A stretch of 49,193 bases of DNA from a virus (Duplodnaviria > Caudoviricetes), in IMG/VR virus record IMGVR_UViG_3300048852_000120, positions 1 through 49,193 of that record; one strand, written 5' to 3'. Positions 9,035 through 18,768 of the stretch are shown here, in pieces; position 1 is the stretch's first letter; each line of letters starts with the position of its first letter. Made by a program: the position numbers and the translations under genes. The notes below the pieces were generated by a model. The model did no database searches. It worked only from the letters and a program-made list of their open reading frames with translations, and was not told the DNA's origin.

Positions 9035-10149
9035 GGGTCGAGCAGTCCTGTTCCTGTGTCCGATGAGACTTTCGACTTCTTTGCGCTGCCATCGTCCTTC
9101 AAAGCCTTCCCAGCACTGTAGGCCTTGTCCGACTTGCCTTTTGGGTCCTTGCCGCCGTGGCTGCGCGGATCGACAAACGTCAGCGCCGCCGACGTGCCCT
9201 GGTGGTTCTGAGTGAAGGTAACGCCCGAGAGCGTCATATCCTGATCCACCCGCTCGCCCGGCAGCTGGATGGCCATCAGGCACCCCGGCTCCCAGATCTG
9301 ACCCGCCTCATCGCGCCAGGTGCTGGTCGTGATCGAGATCGATGTGCCAGACCCTTGCCGCCTCAACCGCTCCCATTGCGCTCGGGTCTTGAGATCCTGC
9401 TCCGTACCATCACCTTCTAGGAAGATGATCAATGGGCGGTACCGGCCCACCTCAGGGTCGTACTCCTTGACCTCCTCGCGGAGATCTTTGGACTTGGTCC
9501 CCAGCGCCCGCTGCGCTTTAGCCGTGATCTCGCTGAACTTGCCCTCTGCCGAGAACTTCACGCCGAATTTTTTGATTGGCGGATGTCCCTCGACCAGAGC
9601 ACCGGCATGTCGCTTCGATCCGGCCCGGGTGATGAGCACCGAGCCGTCCGGCTGACCCATCAGCATTAGGCCCTGCTCCCGCGCCTCCCGCTCGAGCGTG
9701 TCATGGACGCTGTCGGTCGGATAGCGCTGGACCTTGGGAATTGGCTTGAGTGGGACATCGGCCTTGTAGCCGATGCCAAACTCGTCAAATTCCTTCGCCA
9801 CCTCTTCCAAGATCTTGCCCTCAACTCGGCCAGTCTTGTGTTTGGCCGGAGGACAATCAATGGCGTCGGCTGCCTTGGAGCGCCCGGACACCCGCACGTC
9901 GTGAGACGCACCCTCGCCGTGATCAGCCTCATAGTTGTCGATGTAGCCCCGGCACAGGAGCGTGCCGTTGGAGTACAATTCGACCTCGGCTCCGAGCCGG
10001 AGGGACCATGCATCCTCGTGCCAGGCGGGATTTGTCGCCCGCAGCCCGAAGGTGATCGCCGCCTGCTCCATCGAGCGGGTGACGTTGACCTCCTGAAACC
10101 CGGATAGCTGCGTGCCACCGACGACAAGGGTCACGATCTCGTCCATCAT
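9031..10149 (-). CDS. Mu gp44/gpP-like baseplate hub protein
   Basis: VTRSMEQAAITF, VSGRSKAADAIDC, RYRPLII and WRDEAGQIWEPG motifs. Confidence 0.9.
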   Translation of the reverse strand: MMDEIVTLVVGGTQLSGFQEVNVTRSMEQAAITFGLRATNPAWHEDAWSLRLGAEVELYSNGTLLCRGYIDNYEADHGEGASHDVRVSGRSKAADAIDCPPAKHKTGRVEGKILEEVAKEFDEFGIGYKADVPLKPIPKVQRYPTDSVHDTLEREAREQGLMLMGQPDGSVLITRAGSKRHAGALVEGHPPIKKFGVKFSAEGKFSEITAKAQRALGTKSKDLREEVKEYDPEVGRYRPLIIFLEGDGTEQDLKTRAQWERLRRQGSGTSISITTSTWRDEAGQIWEPGCLMAIQLPGERVDQDMTLSGVTFTQNHQGTSAALTFVDPRSHGGKDPKGKSDKAYSAGKALKDDGSAKKSKVSSDTGTGLLDP

Positions 10150-10865
10150 GAGGCTAGTGCTTCCAGGCTGGTCGGCATGAAGAGGGGAGTTGTGACGCCA
10201 TTCCGGTCGATTAGCTCCTCAGCCCGTTCAGGATCGCCGTACAGGCGCCAAGCCAAAACTGTGGAGGGAATGGATCGCATCGTTTCGACCAACACCACCG
10301 GCTTCAGGTCAAGGGCACCGCGACCGAGATAGTCGATGGCTTGGCGCACCGCATCGGACGCCGCGCCCCAGATTTGCTCGACGCCATACTCGGCAACCCG
10401 CTCGAGCGAGGCATCCGCCAGAGCTGAAAGGCGTCGGGAGGCAGCCTGTGCCGAACGACGGTCGCCATAAGACCGCTCGGCCACGGCCACCGCGACCTCA
10501 GCCAGGACCGCAGCCTCTACACAGGCGACCGCAGCCCGGGCGAAATCCGAGGCTAAGGAAACAGCCGGCGACGATGTGGCCGGGATCGCCTCAACGAGAA
10601 GCGGCAAGGCAGCGGAGCCAAGGCTTTCGATCTGCGCCGCGTCTGCCTCGCTGCCCACATCCCTGATTACGTCGCATAGATCTCCCACGGCACTCGCAAC
10701 CGTGGTCACTGCGACAGCACCAATCATGTCAGCCCTTGCCCGCGCGACACGGGTTATAAGATCTGCCGAGACCTCAGCTGGCAGCGTCAGACCCGCGCGC
10801 AAAGCCTCAACCTGATCACACAGCGCCTGCACCACGCCAGCCGCAATGGATACCCTTTCGGTCAT
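10146..10865 (-). CDS. C-terminal part of a Mu gpN-like DNA circulation protein
   Basis: PSTVLAWRLYGDPERAEELIDRNGVTTPLFMP C-terminal motif. Confidence 0.8.
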   Translation of the reverse strand: MTERVSIAAGVVQALCDQVEALRAGLTLPAEVSADLITRVARARADMIGAVAVTTVASAVGDLCDVIRDVGSEADAAQIESLGSAALPLLVEAIPATSSPAVSLASDFARAAVACVEAAVLAEVAVAVAERSYGDRRSAQAASRRLSALADASLERVAEYGVEQIWGAASDAVRQAIDYLGRGALDLKPVVLVETMRSIPSTVLAWRLYGDPERAEELIDRNGVTTPLFMPTSLEALAS

Positions 10866-11335
10866 GATCGGAAGCCTCCAAGGAGGGTGCGGGCGAGCCC
10901 CGCAATGGAACCCGCCGCAGCAGCTGCCAGTCGGTTGCCGAGCGGCAGACTGGGAAACAGCCCGCCGGACCCCGATTCCACAGCCTCGAACTCAAAGCCG
11001 ACGTAGCCCAGGCGCTCCTTGTCGTGCGTGGTGCTGATGTCGCTCGAGATCATCACCTCGACCGGCCCGAGCATCGGCAGCACGAGCATGCCGGAGCCCG
11101 GCTGCGTCAGGGCAGCGACAAGCACCGCTCCATGCACATCAGCCAGATCATTGGCAATGTAGGCCGTAATCCGGTACCGCGTAGCCTTACGGCCCATGTC
11201 CTCCGCCCGGATCTCTTCTGAGCGGACATATTCGTGGACCGCGATGTTGCGACCTGCAGTGAGTCCCTCGCTCTCAACATGAAATGGAACTCCCCGGAAG
11301 GAGGCCCGCCGGAGCGTTCGTGTCCAGTCACGCAT
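10862..11335 (-). CDS. DNA circularisation protein N-terminal domain (Mu gpN-like)
   Basis: MRDWTRTLRRASFRGVPF...AVHEY...EDMGR motif. Confidence 0.9.
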   Translation of the reverse strand: MRDWTRTLRRASFRGVPFHVESEGLTAGRNIAVHEYVRSEEIRAEDMGRKATRYRITAYIANDLADVHGAVLVAALTQPGSGMLVLPMLGPVEVMISSDISTTHDKERLGYVGFEFEAVESGSGGLFPSLPLGNRLAAAAAGSIAGLARTLLGGFRS

Positions 11336-11344
11336 CAGGAATTC

Positions 11345-13426
11345 CTATCGTGGGCCTGCCTTGATGTGCGGCATGGAGGTGCCAACGTTGGCTTGGATGG
11401 TGCCGGACGACTGAGCTGACATGCCGGTCACTCGGCCACCGCCTTCAACTTGGACGCGGACGTTGACGGTCGCGGCCCCCTTCACCTCAGCGTCCACCTT
11501 CCCCGTCACGTCAACGGGAACTGGCTGCTGAACCGTGGCGTCGACCTTGCCGGTCACGTCGATCGGCTGCTCGACGGTAGCCTTAATGTCGGTCAGGCTG
11601 TTGAGCAACGAACCGAAGTCCCCGAAGCCGACAGTGCCGGCGGATGTTCCTCCCGGCATTGCCCCATCAGTTGCAAGCGGACGGCTGCCCTTCCATCCCT
11701 CACCCTGGGCTCTGCCGAAGCCGCCCCAGTCGGGGCGGTTCTGAGCGTATTCGATCCGACGATTGAGATCGTCGAGAGTACGCTGGTCATCCATGCCACG
11801 ACGTTCGTACAGGCGGCGGTTCTCAAGACGAGCCTCTACCTGCGCAAGTTCCCGTTGTAGGACATTCTTGACATCCGCAGGCACTCGCGCGTTCGGATCG
11901 TTCATCTTGCCAAGGCGTGACTGAAGATCGGCAGCGCGACGTTGATCGCTTGTTCGATCTTCTGCGACAGCGGATCGAACAGCCTTCCGCATGTCCTCTT
12001 GGGTGGGGAAAATCCACCGCTGCAGCGTCATGTCCTTGTCGCCAAAGACAAGCTCGCGAATCCTCGCTCCAGCCTCTAGTTGCTCCTTGGCCTCAGCCTC
12101 TAGCGCCTTCGTGGCGGCATCTGGATCTCTGCCCGCAGCGACATCTCTAGCCCGGCGCTGGGCTTCCAAGCGGTCGAGGATCGTCTCGCCTCGCTCGATC
12201 TTGTCTACAGCCTTGTTGATCTCCTCAGCTACTGCGCCGGCAATACCCTTGAAGGCATTGCCCGTACGAACGCCAAGGACCTCCAGAGACCGCGCGGCAC
12301 GGTCGAGTTTGCCTACATCCGAGTTGATGGATGTAGTGAAGTTAGAATAGACCGAGCCGGCGTACTTGCTCCTGTCGCCGACCAGCCCGAGAGCTTTCGC
12401 AAGGCCTGATAGGTTATTTGACAGAATCGCGATATTGTCCTGGTACTCCTTGCCGAAGAGAGCCGTACGGATCTCTGCTGCCTTGATAGGGTCTTCAATT
12501 TTGGCAAGGCGCTCTAGGAGTTTGACCGTGGTCTCCAACGGCTTCTTGGCGAACTCCTTCTGGACCTTCGCGGCGTTCAACCCAAGAGCAGCAAAGCCCT
12601 CTTTGCTGCTGTCGAGGAACTCATCGCCTAACGCCATCATGTTCATGAGACTGTTGAAGGTATTGGCGGCCACCTCTGTGTTGACGCCGACCTCCTTCAT
12701 AGCTGCGCCAAAGGCTATCGTCTGCTCGGCACTCAGCCCGGCCTGGTCACCGGCGGCGCCTGACCGCCGAATGAACTCGATGAGGTCAGATTCTCGGGCA
12801 GCCGCATTGTCCGCCACGTAGTTGATGGCGTCACCGATTTCCTCAAGCCGGGATTGGCTGGCCTTGTAGGTGTTGGCGATCTCAGCGAGAGCCTGACCGG
12901 TTTCCTCTGCCGAGGTGGCCCATGCTGCCGTCGCTTTAGCAGCATACTCCGTGTACCGGGTCAGGTCCTGCGTCGGGCGGCCAGCAAAGGCCGCCGCGGC
13001 CATGATACTGCCGATCTCCTCCTTGGTCTTACCCGTGGCTCTGGACAGGTCCAGTACGGACTTCTCATAAGCCTTGAGATCGTCTCCAGAGGCGTTGGTC
13101 GCCTTCCCAACCCCGATCATGGTCCGTTCAAGCGAGATCGCCTGATCGGTCGCCAGCTTGATGCCGTACCCGACTGCAGCGGGCGCCAAAACCCGTGAGG
13201 CTCCTGCAACGAGTGCACCGTTAACCGCCGACCCGATACGGTCAGCCTGTCGCATCTGATGGTCAAGGACACGAGCAGTGCGCGCTGCCGTAGTGTTCGA
13301 TGCAGCATTAGCCCTGTGAGCCGCTTTGCTGACCGCATCGATCTTCTGCGAAATATCGTTGAAGACACGCCCGGTGCTGTCCTTGGCGGTGATCCGAGCT
13401 TCGGCCGTCATTGTCCGAGTGGCCAC
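11345..13426 (-). CDS. Tape measure protein (TP901-like core)
   Basis: 693 aa, Ala-rich helical; IGDAINYV and LFGKEY motifs; follows the tail chaperone. Confidence 0.9.
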   Translation of the reverse strand: MATRTMTAEARITAKDSTGRVFNDISQKIDAVSKAAHRANAASNTTAARTARVLDHQMRQADRIGSAVNGALVAGASRVLAPAAVGYGIKLATDQAISLERTMIGVGKATNASGDDLKAYEKSVLDLSRATGKTKEEIGSIMAAAAFAGRPTQDLTRYTEYAAKATAAWATSAEETGQALAEIANTYKASQSRLEEIGDAINYVADNAAARESDLIEFIRRSGAAGDQAGLSAEQTIAFGAAMKEVGVNTEVAANTFNSLMNMMALGDEFLDSSKEGFAALGLNAAKVQKEFAKKPLETTVKLLERLAKIEDPIKAAEIRTALFGKEYQDNIAILSNNLSGLAKALGLVGDRSKYAGSVYSNFTTSINSDVGKLDRAARSLEVLGVRTGNAFKGIAGAVAEEINKAVDKIERGETILDRLEAQRRARDVAAGRDPDAATKALEAEAKEQLEAGARIRELVFGDKDMTLQRWIFPTQEDMRKAVRSAVAEDRTSDQRRAADLQSRLGKMNDPNARVPADVKNVLQRELAQVEARLENRRLYERRGMDDQRTLDDLNRRIEYAQNRPDWGGFGRAQGEGWKGSRPLATDGAMPGGTSAGTVGFGDFGSLLNSLTDIKATVEQPIDVTGKVDATVQQPVPVDVTGKVDAEVKGAATVNVRVQVEGGGRVTGMSAQSSGTIQANVGTSMPHIKAGPR

Positions 13427-13871
13427 TATCGTCTCCCTTTGCGGCTCTCGATATGGTCAACCGCCAGCAGCTTCCACTCAACCATCCGGGAGAGCGGCAT
13501 CCGCTCTATTGCGGCAGGATCGATGCTCAGGTCGAAGGCGAGCTCGCGGGCGAGTTGGCCGTAGATGAGTTTGTCGCCCGGGCCTCTGTAAAAAAACTCA
13601 GCATGGCCTCCGAGACAGCGAGGCTGTCTTTGAGATTGAGCTTTGACAGGAGGATTCCCGCACCGCCCTCAGCACAGCGGCTGCAGTATTCACCGACCGC
13701 AGGCCAGTTCACGCTCCTGACAAAGTGACCGTCGGATGTGCGGACCACATCGACCGGATCACCAAGATCCATCAGCTCGGCGAAGGTCGGCTCTCGGAAG
13801 ACGATCTGAGAGACGGGGCCCTGATGTCCGATCAGAGGCTCCGAAAGTGGAACAGATTTACTTTTTGCCAC
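13426..13871 (-). CDS. Extended tail chaperone produced by -1 frameshift (gpE+E'-like)
   Basis: T TTT TTT at 13596-13590; the -1 frame is open until TAG 13428-13426, which overlaps the tape measure start. Confidence 0.8.
13527..13871 (-). CDS. Tail assembly chaperone (gpE/gp41-like)
   Basis: Between tube and tape measure; FREPT motif; T7 slippery run near the 3' end. Confidence 0.85.
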   Translation of the reverse strand: MAKSKSVPLSEPLIGHQGPVSQIVFREPTFAELMDLGDPVDVVRTSDGHFVRSVNWPAVGEYCSRCAEGGAGILLSKLNLKDSLAVSEAMLSFFTEARATNSSTANSPASSPST

Positions 13872-13888
13872 GTCTTGCCCCTTGCCGA

Positions 13889-14254
13889 TCAGACCGCCTG
13901 ATAACTGGCTGTCGCGATACTGATGCCTGACACCTCGCCATTGGCGGTATTGATCGAAGCACCATCACCCACGAAGCTGGCGCGGGTGAACAGGTGGGTT
14001 CGGTTCACGTCAGTCTCGACGAAGGTGACGTTGATCTCCTGCAGGAGCATCGCCTCATCCCACTTCAGACCGATTCCCCGGTCGAAGGTCAGTTCGAGCG
14101 TGGCAAGTCTCGGAGCGATAGTCCGATAGGCCGTACCATCCATGTTGGCATTTGCTTCGATGCCGACGCGGCTCGGATTGATCGTAGCCTCGCCACGGCC
14201 CGAATAGACGCGGCCGTTGATCTCAATGTTGAAGCGACCGCCCTTGGTATCCAT
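13889..14254 (-). CDS. Tail tube protein (Mu gpM-like)
   Basis: 121-aa beta-rich protein directly after the sheath gene. Confidence 0.85.
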   Translation of the reverse strand: MDTKGGRFNIEINGRVYSGRGEATINPSRVGIEANANMDGTAYRTIAPRLATLELTFDRGIGLKWDEAMLLQEINVTFVETDVNRTHLFTRASFVGDGASINTANGEVSGISIATASYQAV

Positions 14255-14295
14255 GGCGAGTGTCTCCTGATGCTAGATGCTGAAGAGGGCGGCGC

Positions 14296-15828
14296 TTACT
14301 GAAGCGCCGCGATCTGATCGTTGAGTTCGGGGAAGATCGTGACGTTCGCCGCGAAGACCCTGAGCTGGTTGGCTACATCGAACGGCACGTAGGCGTTGAC
14401 CCGGTTCGGATCCGCCGAGCGTTCCACGATCACATATTGCGCGAACAGGTCCGGCTTCTCAGCCAGGCCTGCCTCCCACATCTCGCGATAGGCATGGATC
14501 AGTGTCGCCTTGATCTGCGGCGGCGTGGTCACACCCTGGATGCTGCGCGGGTTGTCATCTTTCAGGACATGGCGCGGATACATCGCCAGGATCCGCTGCT
14601 TGAAGTAGCGGGCCGCATAGGCTGCGATGTAGAGCGTCTCCACGTCAAGGAAGGTGATATCCGGCTGACCCCAGCCGTTCGTCCGGTAGGTGGTAACCAC
14701 GCGGTCGAAGGCTGCCTGGCCGTCCGCCCGGAAGATCAGAGCGGAGATACCATTCCGATAGAGTGAATCCCGGTCGGCCATCTTCCACTGATCGGAAGGT
14801 GCCTTCGGGGCGCGAATACCTTGGAGCACCAGCGTCTGGAGCGGCCGAGCTATCTCGACTGCCTCCGAGATGGCGCGCCCCAGGTTCTTGGAGAACCCGA
14901 TCCAGCCCACAGCCGCGGCAACGACCGACCAAAGAGGGTGCGGGTAGTTGTTAACCCCGAAGATCGTGGTGTGCGGATCGTTCCGGCCCGCGCCCAGCGT
15001 CGTCTGAGCAGCAAGGTTGCCGTTGTAGGCCGTGAAGTAGTGGCCATATAGGCCGACCGTCGGCGACCAGCGTCCGATACCGGCATCGGACAGGAAGTCG
15101 CGAGCGGCATTGAGTTGGGCCGTGGAGTTGTACGGGGAGCCGATGTGATCGAACGGCATATCGCCCAGAGCAGCAAAGACTGCCGCCATATCGACGTCGC
15201 CGGTACCACCCGACATCTGGGTGACCGTGACCGTCAGTCCCGCAGGGTCGACCTCGTTGCCATCGAGACCAGCCTCGATGCGGATGCCGTTGCCCTCGGT
15301 GCCGACATGACGGGCCGTCAAGGTGACTGTGCCCGTGGCAACTGAGGTTGTGACTGGCGCGCTCATGGCGCGGTTGAACTTGGTGTAGCCCTTGTCGATG
15401 GCTGCCTTCAGTGCCGCAGCGACAGTTGCGGCTGTGTCGCCAACAGCCACACCGATCGAGTAGCGCTCACCGGCGATGTAGCGCACCAGCGTGCCGGCGG
15501 CCGTCGCCGTGCCTGTGATGGCGATCGACCCTGTGGCAGCCGTTCCTGATGGGTCGGTGGCCGGAAAGGCCCAGATCTCGCCAACAGGATTATGCTGTCG
15601 GGCATAGAGAACCTGATCAGCCAGCATCGAGCCAGAGCCAAACAAAGCGTTAGCGTCCGCGGCTCCCACGTTCACGGGCGCACCAAGAGCAGCCGAGCCG
15701 CCGCTGGTCTTGCGTCCAATCAGGAGCGTGCGGGAGGTGCCCGAGTAAGGCGGCACACCGGCATTGATCTCGAAGTAGGCACCAGGGACACGGATATCAC
15801 CGGGCATATTGGTGAAGGCGACAGCCAT
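14296..15828 (-). CDS. Tail sheath protein (Mu gpL-like)
   Basis: RVPGAYFE, LFGSGSMLA, RVVTTY and DPNRVNAYVPFDVANQLRVFA motifs. Confidence 0.95.
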   Translation of the reverse strand: MAVAFTNMPGDIRVPGAYFEINAGVPPYSGTSRTLLIGRKTSGGSAALGAPVNVGAADANALFGSGSMLADQVLYARQHNPVGEIWAFPATDPSGTAATGSIAITGTATAAGTLVRYIAGERYSIGVAVGDTAATVAAALKAAIDKGYTKFNRAMSAPVTTSVATGTVTLTARHVGTEGNGIRIEAGLDGNEVDPAGLTVTVTQMSGGTGDVDMAAVFAALGDMPFDHIGSPYNSTAQLNAARDFLSDAGIGRWSPTVGLYGHYFTAYNGNLAAQTTLGAGRNDPHTTIFGVNNYPHPLWSVVAAAVGWIGFSKNLGRAISEAVEIARPLQTLVLQGIRAPKAPSDQWKMADRDSLYRNGISALIFRADGQAAFDRVVTTYRTNGWGQPDITFLDVETLYIAAYAARYFKQRILAMYPRHVLKDDNPRSIQGVTTPPQIKATLIHAYREMWEAGLAEKPDLFAQYVIVERSADPNRVNAYVPFDVANQLRVFAANVTIFPELNDQIAALQ

Positions 15829-15850
15829 GAACGGCTCTCCTCAATGAAGA

Positions 15851-15868
15851 GGGCCGCTCAAGCGGCCC
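15851..15868 (-). terminator. GC-rich hairpin before the sheath gene
   Basis: GGGCCGCT-CA-AGCGGCCC inverted repeat with only a weak U-tail. Confidence 0.4.
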
Positions 15869-15875
15869 GGGTGGG

Positions 15876-16082
15876 TTACGACTTGGACTTCTGCTTGGAA
15901 GCAGGTTCAGCCGGGGTCTCCGACTCGACCTCTTTAACGGTGATGTCGCCGCGCTCGAACAGCCCTGCCCAATACGGCGACCAATCGACCTCAAGACCTT
16001 CCCACGGAAGGTCCCTGCCGCGATCAGGATCTGGAATGGATGCCCCCTTGCGGGCAGGCTTGATGAACTTGCGCTCGGACAC
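15876..16082 (-). CDS. DUF2635 protein (Mu gp38-like)
   Basis: FIKPA...IPDPDRGRDLPWEG...YW...GDI motif; immediately upstream of the sheath gene. Confidence 0.85.
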   Translation of the reverse strand: MSERKFIKPARKGASIPDPDRGRDLPWEGLEVDWSPYWAGLFERGDITVKEVESETPAEPASKQKSKS

Positions 16083-16085
16083 GGC

Positions 16086-16841
16086 TCACTCCTGCGGAAT
16101 GGTGACGTTCACGCCTACGAACGGCGCATGAGGTTGCCCCTCACCAGGTTCAGGGGCAGGGTCAGAAGGACCAGCATTCATGGTGAGATCCGCACCGTCG
16201 AGAAGCTCGGCGCCCGCGGGCGGCAGGGCACCGGAGATCATCTCGCAAACTAAGTAGCCGGAGGATCCTGCCGGGAGTGCTTTGCAGACGGTGCGGAGCG
16301 GATCAGGGAGGTTGGCGAACGGACCGGTGGGAACGTCTCGAATGTCGAGCTGATCCTCGCCCTTGAGCTCCGCCGAGAGGGTCACCACTCGGACAGCAAG
16401 ACGAAGGCCATTCTCGTTGTCTGGGAACCGGGATGACTTGTACTTCGGGACCCGACGAGTGATCTTGCGAGTGAGCGCAGTCCCCTCGCCTACCGTGATG
16501 ACCTCGACCGCACGATGTTCGACAAGATCCAGCATCGCCTCAAGTTCGCGGTCTGTGACCGGAATAAGCGGATCGTCGTCTGCACCCTCACCCCTTGCCG
16601 CCATGGCGATCTCAAGGACCAAGTCACAGGTCTGATCGAATGGAACCCCGCCGTTCTGTCGGTCAAAGGCCTCTCCGTCGTCATCCTCAGTGGTGATCGT
16701 GATGATTGGCCTAAACTTCTCGCTGGCGGGCGGGTCCATGATGGAGTCGAAGACGCGACCCGGGCAGAGTGCCGAAATGACCGGATCGGCCAGCAGGTCC
16801 CGCGACACTGCCAGTCTCAATGCCGTTCGAGCTAGGCTCAT
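16086..16841 (-). CDS. Putative tail completion/terminator protein
   Basis: MSLARTALRLA...RVFDS N-terminus; lies between head-joining and sheath genes. Confidence 0.6.
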   Translation of the reverse strand: MSLARTALRLAVSRDLLADPVISALCPGRVFDSIMDPPASEKFRPIITITTEDDDGEAFDRQNGGVPFDQTCDLVLEIAMAARGEGADDDPLIPVTDRELEAMLDLVEHRAVEVITVGEGTALTRKITRRVPKYKSSRFPDNENGLRLAVRVVTLSAELKGEDQLDIRDVPTGPFANLPDPLRTVCKALPAGSSGYLVCEMISGALPPAGAELLDGADLTMNAGPSDPAPEPGEGQPHAPFVGVNVTIPQE

Positions 16842-17230
16842 CAGACCCTCAGATTGATCTTGGACGTGTTCAGGTCATCAGGGATGACGCTGGTGACGAT
16901 GAACGTTTCATTGGTCGCAACACGCTTCACCTGGTCGCCAGAGGCGATCCAATCCGGTAGAGCGACAGTCGCAACCTTAATATTGGCTGGCTGGGCCACA
17001 TACTCACGGGTCCAATCACCGGAGCGCCCCCTGCCCTGTGCTTGGGCCATCGATCCTTCAGACGTGAAGGAGCCGATGAACGGGAATGGGGGGCGGAAGC
17101 TGTCACTGGTTGTCCGAGCATCTGGATCGGTGACAGAGCGGACGCGGGCGAGGAGAATGAACTCCTCGCCAAACGCCTCATCGAAGTCGGGCTGTGCCTC
17201 AGCCCATGCCTCGCGGAACAGGCTGGGCAT
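16841..17230 (-). CDS. Head-tail joining (head closure) protein
   Basis: DEAFGEEF...GDQV...F.VT.V.PD pattern; synteny. Confidence 0.65.
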   Translation of the reverse strand: MPSLFREAWAEAQPDFDEAFGEEFILLARVRSVTDPDARTTSDSFRPPFPFIGSFTSEGSMAQAQGRGRSGDWTREYVAQPANIKVATVALPDWIASGDQVKRVATNETFIVTSVIPDDLNTSKINLRV

Positions 17231-17234
17231 GGGA

Positions 17235-17612
17235 TCACGCGGCTGCTTTGAGCGCAGCCAGGATCTCGTCCTTGGACTGGCCCGGCTTCACGTCGACGCC
17301 GCGCCTCTCGGCCTCAGCCAGGAGTTGCTCCTTCGTCATGCTGTCGAGCGGATCTGTCGAGCCGGCAGCCGTCTGGGACGTGCTGCGCGTTCTGCGAACC
17401 GTTTCAGCCGGAGCTTCCGCGATCTCGGAACGGGTTGCCTTCCGGACGGCACCCTCGGCCTCAAGCTCCTCGAAGCTGTCCTCATCAAGATCGAACACAG
17501 CGCCAGGCTTGTGCTCGGAAATCTTGGCAACCTTCAGAACTTTGCCGTCATCAGCAACCTTTCCAGGCTCTGATGCGACATGAACCGCTGCCAGCGCAAA
17601 TGCTTTGACCAT
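17235..17612 (-). CDS. Capsid-adjacent protein with C-terminal HeH/SAP-like motif (gpFI-like position)
   Basis: LDSMTKEQLLAEAERRGVDV...KDEILAAL motif. Confidence 0.65.
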   Translation of the reverse strand: MVKAFALAAVHVASEPGKVADDGKVLKVAKISEHKPGAVFDLDEDSFEELEAEGAVRKATRSEIAEAPAETVRRTRSTSQTAAGSTDPLDSMTKEQLLAEAERRGVDVKPGQSKDEILAALKAAA

Positions 17613-17632
17613 GTCTTTACTCCTCAGGAGAT

Positions 17633-17664
17633 CCAGCCGGCGCAGAGGTACCGCGCCGGACTGG
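17633..17664 (-). terminator. Hairpin directly after the major capsid gene
   Basis: CCAG-CCGGCGC / GCGCCGG-A-CTGG inverted repeat. Confidence 0.5.
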
Positions 17665-17666
17665 CC

Positions 17667-18740
17667 TTACGGCACGACGCGAGCGCGGAACGTGCGGTTC
17701 GGGTTGACGGGGATCATCAGGGGAGCCGACTGGCTCATGATGAAGCGAGCCGACGGATCCTTCTGGCTCCACATTTTCGGGAAGATGTCGGTCGCCTGCA
17801 GGTCGGCATCCTCATCGAGGATCGCGCCGTAGGCCTTCACGCCTTCGACCCCGGGAGCGGTGAGGACTACGTCACGCGGGTCCATGATGTTGGCGAGCGA
17901 GCCATCATCATTCTGGAAGGTCCCGTTGTAGACATAAGCCTCGATACCAGCGCCGATGGTGCCCACGTAGGTCGCAGGTTGCTCGATGTCGCGACGCACG
18001 ACGCCGCGGTTGAGCGTCAAGTCTGGAGAGCCACGATAACGGGTATCCATCATCTCCTTCAGGGCAGCGTCCTTCTGAGCCACAGCCCAGGCGCTGGCGC
18101 CGAAGGTGATGCGGTTGGGGAACCCACCGAAGGCTGCGCCGGCCATCGTGTTGGCGAAGCCCTGGATGCTGTCGACGATGGAGACGCCAGCGTCACCCCA
18201 CCGGGCGCCTGCTCCAAGGATGACGGTGTGTCCGGCATCGCGGCCGAAATCCACCACAACGGAAGGATAATTCGAGCCGCCATCACGGATGTAGTTCACC
18301 GTGATCTTGCCATCGAGAACAGCCTTGGCCGCCATATAGTCCCACAGCCGGTTGATGGCGCCGCGCTGGAACTGCGCAATGCGGATCACCTCAGCGTCGT
18401 AGCGGGCCTTCGGCGTTAGAGCATTCTCGCCCAGGATCTCGCCAGGCTGGCGCTTCAGCATCTCGGACGGACGGACAGCGTCCTTCGGCTTAGTGTAAGC
18501 CGGCTTGAAGGACTGAAGGGTCTCACCCTGCCGACGGTAGATCGGCTTGCCCTGTTCGTTGGGGAGCATGAAGGGAGCGATCTTGCGGCTTGATGGGATC
18601 TTCTCGAAGTAGATCTCCTCAGACGTCGAGAAGTAGCTGTCCGGGAAGAACTGGTCGAGCCAGTAGGAGGTGGGGGCAGCTAGGCGGTCATCATACATGA
18701 CACGGTAGAGCTGCCGGGAGGTATAAAGATCAAGTGCCAT
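17667..18740 (-). CDS. Major capsid protein E (lambda-like)
   Basis: FKPAYTKPKDAVRP, VDFGRDA, YGAILD and DPSARFIMSQSAPL motifs. Confidence 0.95.
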   Translation of the reverse strand: MALDLYTSRQLYRVMYDDRLAAPTSYWLDQFFPDSYFSTSEEIYFEKIPSSRKIAPFMLPNEQGKPIYRRQGETLQSFKPAYTKPKDAVRPSEMLKRQPGEILGENALTPKARYDAEVIRIAQFQRGAINRLWDYMAAKAVLDGKITVNYIRDGGSNYPSVVVDFGRDAGHTVILGAGARWGDAGVSIVDSIQGFANTMAGAAFGGFPNRITFGASAWAVAQKDAALKEMMDTRYRGSPDLTLNRGVVRRDIEQPATYVGTIGAGIEAYVYNGTFQNDDGSLANIMDPRDVVLTAPGVEGVKAYGAILDEDADLQATDIFPKMWSQKDPSARFIMSQSAPLMIPVNPNRTFRARVVP

Positions 18741-18768
18741 GTGTGTGACGCCTTCTCTAGTTCTGGCC

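Noticed and set aside
8382-15828. T6SS, tailocin or eCIS interpretation of PAAR plus sheath
   Set aside because: Complete head, terminase, replication and integrase modules show it is a prophage tail
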